From Actinomycetes bacterium (GTDB lineage: Bacteria; Actinomycetota; Acidimicrobiia; Acidimicrobiales; Bog-793), in the NCBI GenBank assembly GCA_021797795.1, contig JAJZZB010000005.1:4514-68513 (forward strand): 64,000 nt of DNA, given 5' to 3'. The notes beneath the pieces are model-generated. The model saw only the letters and a program-made list of their open reading frames with translations. It searched no databases and was not told the DNA's origin. Of the stretch, positions 35,538 to 43,729 are shown piece by piece. The position numbers and the translations under genes are program-made. Position 1 is the stretch's first letter, and every line of letters starts with the position of its first letter.

Positions 35538-36308
35538 ATGAGCAGCCAAGCAGGCAGACCGGTGGTGCTCGTCACCGGAGCATCCCGCGGCATCGGGCGG
35601 AGCGCCGCCCTCACTTTCGCCCGCCACGGCCTCGACGTCGCGCTCAATTTCTCGAGGAGCGAGCCGGAGGCCCAGACGGTGGCGAAGGAGGTTGCCGCGC
35701 TCGGCGGGCGGGCCGAGCTCTACCGGGCCGACGTGGCCGATGACCGCGCCGTCCGGGCCATGCTCGAGAGGATCGGCTCCGACTTCGGCAGGCTCGACGT
35801 CCTGATCGACAACGCCGGCACAACGATCGACACCCCGCCATCGGACCTCGAAGGCCTGGACCTCGACGCGTGGGACCGCGTCTTCGCCGTGAACGTCCGA
35901 GGTCTGTTCTCGGTCGCCCGGGCGTGCGTGCCGTGGCTGCGTGCATCTCCGGTCGCCTCGATCGTCACGACCTGCAGCGTCGCCGGCCTGCGTCCGGGTC
36001 CCCAACCCCTTCCCTACGCCGCCAGCAAGGCGGCCGTGGCGAACCTCACCCACACGCTTGCGGGTGCCCTGGCGCCGGAGATCCGCGTGAACGGCGTGGC
36101 GCCCGGCTGGATGGTCGGCGAGTGGATGGAGCACCAGCTCGGGGAGCACTACGACCGCCTGATAGAGCGGCGGGCGAGGATGACCCCCCTGAAGCGGGTG
36201 GCCACCCCCGACGACGTTGCCGAGGCGATGGTGCCGCTCGCACTCTCGAACCGATTCGTGACCGGCCAGATCCTCGTCGTTGACGGCGGCTTCACTTCGG
36301 TCACCTGA
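35538..36308 (+). CDS. SDR-family oxidoreductase (3-hydroxyacyl-CoA / 3-oxoacyl reductase-like)
   Basis: 256-aa ORF. TGASRGIG, NNAG, YAASKAA and a classical SDR C-terminus. Confidence 0.8.
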   Translation: MSSQAGRPVVLVTGASRGIGRSAALTFARHGLDVALNFSRSEPEAQTVAKEVAALGGRAELYRADVADDRAVRAMLERIGSDFGRLDVLIDNAGTTIDTPPSDLEGLDLDAWDRVFAVNVRGLFSVARACVPWLRASPVASIVTTCSVAGLRPGPQPLPYAASKAAVANLTHTLAGALAPEIRVNGVAPGWMVGEWMEHQLGEHYDRLIERRARMTPLKRVATPDDVAEAMVPLALSNRFVTGQILVVDGGFTSVT

Positions 36309-36361
36309 TCGCACCGCCACCGTCCCGGCTCTCACGCCCGGGCTGCCATCACGAAGGAGGC

Positions 36362-38014
36362 ATGTTGCTCGAAGGAGTCACACCCTTTCCGGCCACCGAC
36401 GCACAGCGCTTCGTCGAGAAGGGGTACTGGGAGGAGCGCCCGCTGATCGACGGGTTCCGTGAGGTGTTCAGCCGGAACGCCGAGCGGGTCGCTCTCGTCG
36501 ACGACCACGAGCAGGTGACCTACCGAGAGCTCGACGAGCGTTCCAGCCTGCTGGCGCGCCACCTGCTCGATCTCGGCTTCCAGCCCCTCGACCGGATCGT
36601 GGTCCAGCTGCCGAACACGGTCATGTTCGCCTACCTGTACTTCGCGATGCAGAAGATCGGCGCCATCCCGATCCTGGCCCTCCCCGTGCACCGTCGCCGC
36701 GAGGTGAGCCAGTTCGTGGAGATCGCCGGGGCGAGGGCGTGCGCTGTCCCCGCCTTTGCCCGGGGCTTCGACTTCCGCCAGATGGTCCGAGAGCTCATGG
36801 GCGCCCATGAGAGCCTCGAGCTCTGCCTGGTCCAGGGCGCAGATCCTGACGAGGGCGCAGACGGCTTCATCTCGCTCGAGTCGCTGCTCGTGGGCGAGCC
36901 GAGGACGCCGGAGTCGGCGCTCGACGAGGTGGTCATCGACCCCTACGACCCGGCCGTCTTCCTCCTCTCGGGCGGCACGACGGGGATCCCGAAGCTGATC
37001 CCGCGCAGCCACAACGACTACCTCTACAACTCCAAGCTGGCCGGGTCCGTCACCGACATCCGTGACGGCGACGTGCTGCTGCTCGTGCTGCCGATCGAGC
37101 ACAACCTGCCGCTCGCCTGTCCGGGGATGCAGGGCTTCCTCCTCAAAGGGGCGACCGCGGTCCTCTCGACCTCGACCCGGCCCGAGGACGTCTTCCGGCT
37201 CGTCGAGACCCACCGGGCCACCCACATCCACGTCGTGCCTGCGCTGCTCATCCGTTGGATCAACGACCCGGCGGTTGCCGCGTACGACCTCTCCTCGATC
37301 CGCGTCATCCAGTCGGGCGGTCAGCGCCTCCAGCCCGAGACTCGCCACAAGGCGGAGTCGCTGCTCCCCAATCTGTTCATCCAGGAGAACTTCGGCATGG
37401 CGGAGGGTCTCATCATGTTCGTCCGCTCCGACGACCCCGAGGTCGTCCGACGGGAGACCTGCGGCCGGCCGATCTGTCCCGACGACGAGGTCCTGCTCGT
37501 CGACGAGGACGGCGCCGTCGTGCCCGAGGGCGAGGTCGGGGAGCTCCTCGTCCGGGGCCCCTGCACCCTGCGGGGCTACTTCCGGGCGCCGGAGTACAAC
37601 CAGAGGGCCTTCACGCCGGACGGCTTCTACCGTTCCGGCGACCTGCTGAGGCTGCATCCGTCGGGCAACTACGTCGTCGAGGGTCGGCGGAAGGACCTCA
37701 TCAACCGGGGCGGCGAGAAGATCAGCGCCGAAGAGGTCGAGAACCTGATTCTCGCCCACCCGAGCGTGCTGAACGTCGCCTGCGTCCCCTGGCCCGACGA
37801 GCTCCTCGGAGAACGCATGTGCGCCTGCGCCGTGCTGAAGCCCGGAGCGAGGCTCTCCCTGGAGGAGCTTGTGTCGTTCCTCACGGACTTCGAGATCGCG
37901 AAGTTCAAGCTGCCCGAGCGTCTCGAGATCATGGCCTCGCTCCCCCTTTCGGGGTTCGGGAAGGTCTCGAAGAAGGACCTCGCCGCCTCCCTCGCGAGGA
38001 GGCCCGGTGGCTGA
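36362..38014 (+). CDS. DhbE/EntE-type aryl-acid adenylating enzyme / aryl-CoA ligase, paralog 2
   Basis: 550-aa ORF. LLSGGTTGIPKLIPRSHNDY, EHNLPLACPG, FGMAEGLI, PSGNYVVEGRRKDLINRGGEKISAEEVE, GKVSKK. Confidence 0.8.
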   Translation: MLLEGVTPFPATDAQRFVEKGYWEERPLIDGFREVFSRNAERVALVDDHEQVTYRELDERSSLLARHLLDLGFQPLDRIVVQLPNTVMFAYLYFAMQKIGAIPILALPVHRRREVSQFVEIAGARACAVPAFARGFDFRQMVRELMGAHESLELCLVQGADPDEGADGFISLESLLVGEPRTPESALDEVVIDPYDPAVFLLSGGTTGIPKLIPRSHNDYLYNSKLAGSVTDIRDGDVLLLVLPIEHNLPLACPGMQGFLLKGATAVLSTSTRPEDVFRLVETHRATHIHVVPALLIRWINDPAVAAYDLSSIRVIQSGGQRLQPETRHKAESLLPNLFIQENFGMAEGLIMFVRSDDPEVVRRETCGRPICPDDEVLLVDEDGAVVPEGEVGELLVRGPCTLRGYFRAPEYNQRAFTPDGFYRSGDLLRLHPSGNYVVEGRRKDLINRGGEKISAEEVENLILAHPSVLNVACVPWPDELLGERMCACAVLKPGARLSLEELVSFLTDFEIAKFKLPERLEIMASLPLSGFGKVSKKDLAASLARRPGG

Positions 38015-38780
38015 GGCGGGAGCGACCCGCAGGATCACGGTCGAACGCCACAGCGGCTTCGCCGTCGTCGTCCTCGACGATCCGGGGCGTCGCAACGCGC
38101 TCTCGCTCGAGATGTCGTCCGATCTCACCGAGGCGGTGTCGGCGCTCGAGGAGTCGGGCGAGGTGTGCGCCTTCATCGTCACCGGAGCGCCGCCGGCGTT
38201 CTGCGCCGGCGCCGATCTCGGACAGCTCGGCTCGGCCGACGAGGACCGTCTCCGCGCGATCTATGCGGGCTTCGAGCGGGTCGTGCGCTCGCCGCTGCTG
38301 ACCGTCGCCGCTGTGAACGGGGCGGCGGTCGGGGCCGGCATCAATCTGGCGCTCGCCTGCGACGTGCGGCTCGCCGCCGAGAGCGCCCGCTTCGACACCC
38401 GCTTTCTCGCCCTCGGCCTGCATCCCGGTGGCGGCCACAGCTGGATGCTCGAGCGCGCCCTCACCTATCCGGGAGCCGTGGCCATGCTGTTCGGGGGCGA
38501 GGCGATCCCGGGCGCGGAGGCCGAGCGGATCGGGCTGGCGCACCGCTGCGTCCCAGACGACGAGCTGCTCGAGACGGCCGAGGCGTTCGTCGCCACCGCC
38601 GCGGCGGCACCGCGCGAACTGGTGGCGCGCATGAAGGCCACCCTCTCCCTCGCCCGCCGGTCCTCCTACGACGAGGCCCTCGGGCACGAGGTGACCGAGC
38701 AGCTCTGGTCGACCGGCCAGCCGGCCTTCGCCGAACGGCTGGCCATGCTTCGCTCCAGAATCTCGTCGTCAGGTCGCTGA
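38007..38780 (+). CDS. enoyl-CoA hydratase/isomerase (crotonase) family protein
   Basis: ORF 37869..38780 trimmed to the GTG at 38007, an 8-nt overlap with ligase 2. RRNALS, FCAGADL, AAVNGAAVGAGINLALACD. Confidence 0.8.
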   Translation: MAEAGATRRITVERHSGFAVVVLDDPGRRNALSLEMSSDLTEAVSALEESGEVCAFIVTGAPPAFCAGADLGQLGSADEDRLRAIYAGFERVVRSPLLTVAAVNGAAVGAGINLALACDVRLAAESARFDTRFLALGLHPGGGHSWMLERALTYPGAVAMLFGGEAIPGAEAERIGLAHRCVPDDELLETAEAFVATAAAAPRELVARMKATLSLARRSSYDEALGHEVTEQLWSTGQPAFAERLAMLRSRISSSGR

Positions 38781-39667
38781 TGCCCATCTCCTACCTGTCC
38801 ATCGTGAACGAGATCACAGCACCCCTCCCGCCCATGCCGGTCGCCCGACTCGGCCCTCCACCGCTCGTCCCGCTGGCCGTCCCGCTCGAGGAGGCGACGG
38901 TCCTCATCGCGAGCAGCGTCGGCGTGCACCTGCGCTCTGATCCGCCCTTCGCATCCGTCGACGACCTCAGCTGCCGGCGTCTCGCACAGGACGTCGATCC
39001 CTCGGAAGTCCGGCCGTCTCACCCGAGCCCGATCCGCCGTCCCGGCCGTCAGGACGTGAACGTCGTGCATCCCTACCAGCGCCTCGCTGAGCTCGCCGAG
39101 CAGAAGGTGATCGGGAGCCCGAGCCCTTTCCACCTCTCCATGCTCGGGGCGATCAAGCAGTTGACCCGGATCGTCACCGAACTCGGTCCCGCCGTCGTCT
39201 CGGCGGCCGGCGACGCGGGCGCCGACCTCGTCCTCGTGGTACCGCTCTGTCCTGCCTGCCACCAGGCGATGGGATTGCTCGCCCGCGTCGTCGAGCGAGG
39301 CGGCGTTCCGACGGTCTCGGTCACCGGCGCGCGGGACGTGACCGAGATGGTCCGGCCTCCCCGGGCTGCGTACCTCAACTACCCGCTCGGCTACAGCCTC
39401 GGGAGGCCGGGAGACGCCGCCGAGCAGCGGGTGATCGTGAGAGACGTGCTCGAGCTCGCCGAGGCGGACCTGCAGCCCGGCGCGATCGTTGACCTCGACC
39501 ACGCCTGGCCGGACCCTGGTTGGGAGGGGCAGGTTCTCGACCGTTACCGGAAGGAGGCCGACACGGTGCGCAGCCAACGGGAGAAGGAGTTCGGCCCCGA
39601 CGGTCGCCATCTCGCGCTCGAGGAGGTGGCCGCTGTGGAGCAGATGGCCGCCGACGGGCTGCTCTGA
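38780..39667 (+). CDS. glycine/sarcosine/betaine/D-proline reductase component-B-like (GrdB/PrdB family) protein, Cys-type, function unknown
   Basis: ORF 38165..39667 trimmed to the ATG at 38780 (1-nt TGATG overlap with the crotonase gene). Block order as I recall for this family: VGVHLRSDPPF, SHPSP...DVNVVHPYQRLAEL..KVIGS, HLSMLGA, DLVLVVPLCPACH (CxxC; Cys157 is TGT), GVPTVSVTG, RPPRAAYLNYPLGYSLGRP. Not verified by HMM. Confidence 0.55.
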   Translation: MPISYLSIVNEITAPLPPMPVARLGPPPLVPLAVPLEEATVLIASSVGVHLRSDPPFASVDDLSCRRLAQDVDPSEVRPSHPSPIRRPGRQDVNVVHPYQRLAELAEQKVIGSPSPFHLSMLGAIKQLTRIVTELGPAVVSAAGDAGADLVLVVPLCPACHQAMGLLARVVERGGVPTVSVTGARDVTEMVRPPRAAYLNYPLGYSLGRPGDAAEQRVIVRDVLELAEADLQPGAIVDLDHAWPDPGWEGQVLDRYRKEADTVRSQREKEFGPDGRHLALEEVAAVEQMAADGLL

Positions 39668-39670
39668 GCC

Positions 39671-40189
39671 GTGGCGGTGTACGCCCTCGGGAAGCTCACT
39701 CCCGAGATCGCCCCCACGGCCTTTGTCCATCCCGACGCGGTCGTCATCGGTGCGGTGCGGCTCGGTCCTCACGCGAGCGTCTGGCCGGCGGCCGTGCTGC
39801 GAGGCGACTACGGCGAGATCACTGTCGGCGAGGCCACCTCCATCCAGGACGGCTCCGTGCTGCACACCCACCACGACGCACCGACGGTGCTCGGTCGGGG
39901 CTGCATCGTCGGACACCTCGCGTACCTCGAAGGTTGTGTCGTCGAGGACGACTGCCTCATCGGCGCGGGCGCCCTCGTGCTGCGCGATGCCTCGATCGGG
40001 GCAGGGGCCACGGTGGCGGCCGGAGCACTGGTCCAGGAGCGGGCGGTGGTGCCGCCCGCCCACCTCGCCGCAGGCGTACCGGCCCGCGTCACCGCAGGCG
40101 GATGGAGTATCGAGGCGATCCGTCGTGGCGCCGCCGTCTACGTGGAGAACTCGCGTCGCTTCGTCGCCGAGCTTCGCAGGATCGATTGA
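39671..40189 (+). CDS. gamma-carbonic-anhydrase-like / PaaY-like left-handed beta-helix protein
   Basis: 172-aa ORF with a GTG start 3 nt after the previous stop. Hexapeptide repeats and VWPAAVLRGDYGEITVGEATSIQDGSVLH..GHLAYLEGC. Confidence 0.75.
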   Translation: MAVYALGKLTPEIAPTAFVHPDAVVIGAVRLGPHASVWPAAVLRGDYGEITVGEATSIQDGSVLHTHHDAPTVLGRGCIVGHLAYLEGCVVEDDCLIGAGALVLRDASIGAGATVAAGALVQERAVVPPAHLAAGVPARVTAGGWSIEAIRRGAAVYVENSRRFVAELRRID

Positions 40190-40264
40190 CCCTCGTCGCG
40201 CCGCGGCGGTCTGCTGGGCCTGCATCGACGCGCCGGCGGCGCAGGGGCCGGCAGGCACCCGTGT

Positions 40265-41158
40265 TCAGGCGGTCTGGACTCGCTTCCGGTTGCGGGTGGA
40301 GACGACGCTGACCCTTTTGGCCACGGCCCGTCGCTCGCCGGCGACGTCGCGGCTCAAGGCGGCGAGCTGCTCGAGGCCGGGGCCGTAACAGGCCTCGAGC
40401 TGCTCCCCGAAGTCCTGGGAGATCTGCTGGACGTACATGTCGTGGCGGATGTAGCCCTTCACGGCTGCCGCGAGGAGAGCGTCGTCGGCGTAGAGAGCCT
40501 GCCAGTCACGACCTCCCGGCGCGAGGGCCCAGAGGACCCTCGTGCTGTCGGCTACGACGGCGAGGTGGCGGGCCTGGTGGTGGCGGTACACGACGCCGTC
40601 GGTCGTCACATGGCGGATGCTTCGTCCGTGCTCGATGGAGAACTCTTCCTTGCCGAAGTGCAGGGTGTCGGTGGCCACCCCTCGTTCGTCGGCGCGGGCG
40701 ACCGACTCGAGGAACGCCGTGGTGTCGCAATTGATCGACATGTACACGTGCCGGTCAGCGGTGTCGAGCAACTCGATCGCCCGGCGCTCGATCGCCGGCC
40801 AGTCAGACAACGCCTCGAACGCCCGTACCTGCTGGCCGGGGTCCCCGGCCTCACGCATGAGACTCACCTCGGCGTCGGCGAGCCGGCGGCGGAAGCTCGT
40901 GTCCAGCTGGGTGAGAACCTGGGTCGGCGGGACCGCCACGAAGCGGAGCGGCTCTCCCTCGATGGCGATCGCCACCCCCTTGCGTGCCAGCCGCCGCAGG
41001 GTCTCGTACACCTTCGGCTGCGGGATCCCCGTCTCGTTCGCCAGGGCGTAGCCGGTCATCGGCGGGTTCCCGAGCAGGCCGATGTACGCCCTTGCCTCGT
41101 ACTGGGAGAAGCCGAGTTCGACAAGGCGCTCCACCGTTCCCGAACCGGTCTCCGCCAT
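40265..41158 (-). CDS. TrmB-family transcriptional regulator
   Basis: ORF 40265..41164. I prefer the ATG at 41158, 5 nt after AGGGAG. N-terminal TrmB HTH: LVELGFSQYEARAYIGLLGNPPMTGYALANETGIPQPKVYETLRRL. Confidence 0.7.
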   Translation of the reverse strand: MAETGSGTVERLVELGFSQYEARAYIGLLGNPPMTGYALANETGIPQPKVYETLRRLARKGVAIAIEGEPLRFVAVPPTQVLTQLDTSFRRRLADAEVSLMREAGDPGQQVRAFEALSDWPAIERRAIELLDTADRHVYMSINCDTTAFLESVARADERGVATDTLHFGKEEFSIEHGRSIRHVTTDGVVYRHHQARHLAVVADSTRVLWALAPGGRDWQALYADDALLAAAVKGYIRHDMYVQQISQDFGEQLEACYGPGLEQLAALSRDVAGERRAVAKRVSVVSTRNRKRVQTA

Positions 41159-41227
41159 GCTCACTCCCTACGGTAGAAAGAAGGACGAGGCCACTCTACC
41201 GGCAGCCCGCCTGGGTGAGGCGGCTGC

Positions 41228-42070
41228 TCACAGGCCGAGGACCGCCTCGGCGTTCTCGTGGAAGACGGCGTGCATCACTTCATCGCCGAAGCCGAGTTCG
41301 TCCCACTCTCTGAGGATCCGCTCGTAGGTCATCGAAGGGTGGTCGCTGCCGAACATGATCTTGCTCCGCAACCGGGCCCGGATGTCGGTGCGCAGACTCG
41401 GCGGGAAGTATTTCGGCGCCCAGCCCGACAACTCCCAGTACACGTTGCCCTTGTGGAGGGCCACGGCCGTCATCTCGTCGATCCACGGCCATCCCGGGTG
41501 GGCAGCGATGATCGTGAGATCCGGGAAGCGGGCCGCAAGACGGTCGATGGCTGCTGGGTGAGCGTGCCGGAGAATGGCCCCCATGCCGCCCGGCGTGCCA
41601 GCGCCCATCCCGGTGGTGCCCACGTCGACCATGACCGGAACCCTGAGTCCCGTGATGGTCTCGAACAGCGGGCTCAGCTCCTCGTCGTCGACTGAGTAGT
41701 GGCCCATTATCGGGTGGAAGTGGAAGCCGAGGGCCCGGTACTCTCGGACCGCCTGCTCCGCCTCCTTGATGGCGACGTCGCCCTTCAGGGGATCGACCGT
41801 GGCCCATGCCTGGATGAAGGTGTCCTGGTAGCGGTCCCTGAGATCGGCCACGTAGCTGTTCGAGCACGGGGGAGCTCCGCTGAGCGACTCGATGTCGAAG
41901 GCGACGAGCACGGCCTCGACCCCGACCCTTCGGATATCGGCCACCACGTCGGTCTCGCTCCGGGCGACCCACGGCTTCGACCAGTAGTCCTCGAGAGCGG
42001 CGACGTAGGGACCCTGCGAGGCCAGCCAGACGTCGGTACCGGGATAGCAGTGGAGGTCGATGCGTCTCAT
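41228..42070 (-). CDS. amidohydrolase-2 family metal-dependent hydrolase
   Basis: 280-aa ORF. RIDLHCYP at the N-terminus, HFHP, AAHPGWPW, MFGSDHP. Confidence 0.65.
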   Translation of the reverse strand: MRRIDLHCYPGTDVWLASQGPYVAALEDYWSKPWVARSETDVVADIRRVGVEAVLVAFDIESLSGAPPCSNSYVADLRDRYQDTFIQAWATVDPLKGDVAIKEAEQAVREYRALGFHFHPIMGHYSVDDEELSPLFETITGLRVPVMVDVGTTGMGAGTPGGMGAILRHAHPAAIDRLAARFPDLTIIAAHPGWPWIDEMTAVALHKGNVYWELSGWAPKYFPPSLRTDIRARLRSKIMFGSDHPSMTYERILREWDELGFGDEVMHAVFHENAEAVLGL

Positions 42071-42173
42071 GTCTCTCCTTCCACCCTACTGAGGTAGGTG
42101 GGCATGGCCACTATATATACCGACGACGTCTCACAGGTAGCCGCCGGCGGGCCGGGAGCCTCGCTCCGCTGGC

Positions 42174-42944
42174 TCAGTGGAAGGCACTGCCACCGTCGAC
42201 GACGACTGTCTGGCCCGTGATGAAGCCCGCCCCAGGACCGCAGAGGAACCGGGCCGCACAGGCGAGGTCGGCGGGCACCTCGTCCCGGACGAGGCTGCGA
42301 GAGGCGGCGGACTGTCGGATCGAGTCCGTGAAGCCCTCAGCGTTCGCGAGCACGCCGTCGCTCATGGTGAAACCCGGTGCGATGGCGTTCACCCGGATGT
42401 TGTCCGTCCCGAGCTCCCTGGCGAGCGACCTTGTGAAAGCGACGATGGCACCCTTGCTGGCGACGTAGTGGAGGCGCCAGGGGACGCCCTTGAAGACGGT
42501 CCCCGACGCCAGGTTCAAGATCGCCCCTCCGCCGCGCTCTCGCATCGAGCCGGTGACGGCACGCGAGCAGAGGTACGTGCCGAGCACGTTGATCTCGAAC
42601 ACGCGCCGCCACTCCTCCAGGGGGATCATCTCGAATGGGCCCCCCGTGGTCTCTGCGAACAGGGCGGCGTTGTTGACGAGGATGTCGACCCCGCCGAAGT
42701 GGTGGCGGACCCCGTCCATCATCTCCCCGACCGACTGTTCCGAGGAGACGTCGGCATACACGCCGAGGATCTGTGGGGAGGCGTCCTCGGGCAACGTCGC
42801 CGCCATGATCGACGCAGCCTCCTCGGCGCGCCTCACGTCGGCGATCACGATGTGGGCGCCCGCCCGTGCGAGTTCGGCGGCGATGGCACGACCGATTCCG
42901 GAGGCACCTCCCGTCACGATCGCGACCTTCCCCAGTAGCTCCAT
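42174..42944 (-). CDS. SDR-family oxidoreductase
   Basis: 256-aa ORF. TGGASGIG, NNAA, YVASKGA, ITGQTVVVDGG. Confidence 0.8.
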   Translation of the reverse strand: MELLGKVAIVTGGASGIGRAIAAELARAGAHIVIADVRRAEEAASIMAATLPEDASPQILGVYADVSSEQSVGEMMDGVRHHFGGVDILVNNAALFAETTGGPFEMIPLEEWRRVFEINVLGTYLCSRAVTGSMRERGGGAILNLASGTVFKGVPWRLHYVASKGAIVAFTRSLARELGTDNIRVNAIAPGFTMSDGVLANAEGFTDSIRQSAASRSLVRDEVPADLACAARFLCGPGAGFITGQTVVVDGGSAFH

Positions 42945-43009
42945 CGGCTGCCTGCGTCTCCCAGCCCCTGCCGGGGGATCGACTTGCTCTCAGTCGCTCC
43001 CCTGTTGGA

Positions 43010-43027
43010 TACCTACGATAGTAGATA
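43010..43027. promoter_or_regulatory. imperfect inverted repeat upstream of the SDR-amidohydrolase-TrmB operon
   Basis: TACCTAC-GATA-GTAGATA (6 of 7 positions pair) in a locally AT-enriched stretch, 66-83 nt upstream of the SDR start at 42944. Candidate operator. Confidence 0.25.
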
Positions 43028-43240
43028 GGCAAGACGGGTAGCGACCCATCGAGAGCGCGGGTCCGCCGGGAAGCGATCGGCGAGAAGCGCCAGGACCAGC
43101 CGGAGCGCTCGCCGTCCCACCCGGAGGCGGCTGATCCCGCAGCGGGCAGCGCACCGAGCCGGCCGTGCGTGCCGGCCGGCAACTACGCTCCTCTCCCGGT
43201 TGCGTCGGTGCCCACACCGTCCCGGCCCCGCGCCTGCGAG

Positions 43241-43729
43241 CTAGGCGGGCGAGGCGAGGTGCTTTCGCATCTGGAGGGTCGTGATCTCGTAGCCGGAGCC
43301 CTCATAGAGGTGACGAGCGACCGTGTTGGAGCCGAAGACGTTGAGCCCGAGGGCCGCGACGCCGCGGCCGGCCGCCTCTCGTTCGCCTGCTTCGAGCAGC
43401 ACCCTGCCGTAGCCCTTCCCACGGAGCTGCTCGGCCACCTCGATGTCGTAGATCCACCCGCCCTGTCCTGACCCGGGCCGGTGCTCGAGGGCGATCCAGA
43501 TGATCCCGGCGGGCTCGCCCTCGAGGGTCTCGGCGATGCGGAGCAGCATCCCCGGAGAGTCGGCGCCGCCGGGAAGCAGGCGGTCGGTCTCCTCTGAGGC
43601 GAGCGTCTCGGCCTCTGCAAGGCTCCAATCGCCGGCGCGGACGTGCTCGGCGGCGTAGCCGGTGACGAGACGCGATCTGTACTGCGCGAACTCTTCACCG
43701 GTCATCGGGCGCAGACGGATCTCTGGCAT
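43241..43729 (-). CDS. GNAT-family N-acetyltransferase
   Basis: ORF 43241..43861. In-frame ATGs at 43756, 43738 and 43729; the start is uncertain. GNAT core: IYDIEVAEQLRGKGYGRVLLEAGEREAAGRG...LNVFGSNTVARHLYEGSGY. Confidence 0.7.
   Translation of the reverse strand: MPEIRLRPMTGEEFAQYRSRLVTGYAAEHVRAGDWSLAEAETLASEETDRLLPGGADSPGMLLRIAETLEGEPAGIIWIALEHRPGSGQGGWIYDIEVAEQLRGKGYGRVLLEAGEREAAGRGVAALGLNVFGSNTVARHLYEGSGYEITTLQMRKHLASPA

Noticed and set aside
38780-39667. Possibility that the GrdB/PrdB-like gene encodes a true selenoprotein.
   Set aside because: The ORF is uninterrupted and the candidate redox position is a TGT Cys codon, not an in-frame TGA. I did not see selA/selB/selD genes or an obvious SECIS-like hairpin in the window.
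40199-40208. The perfect 10-nt palindrome CGCCGCGGCG, and the nearby GCGCCG-G-CGGCGC, between the convergent LbH and TrmB genes, considered as a bidirectional terminator.
   Set aside because: The arms abut with zero or one loop nucleotide, so a stable RNA hairpin cannot form. No U-tract is present.
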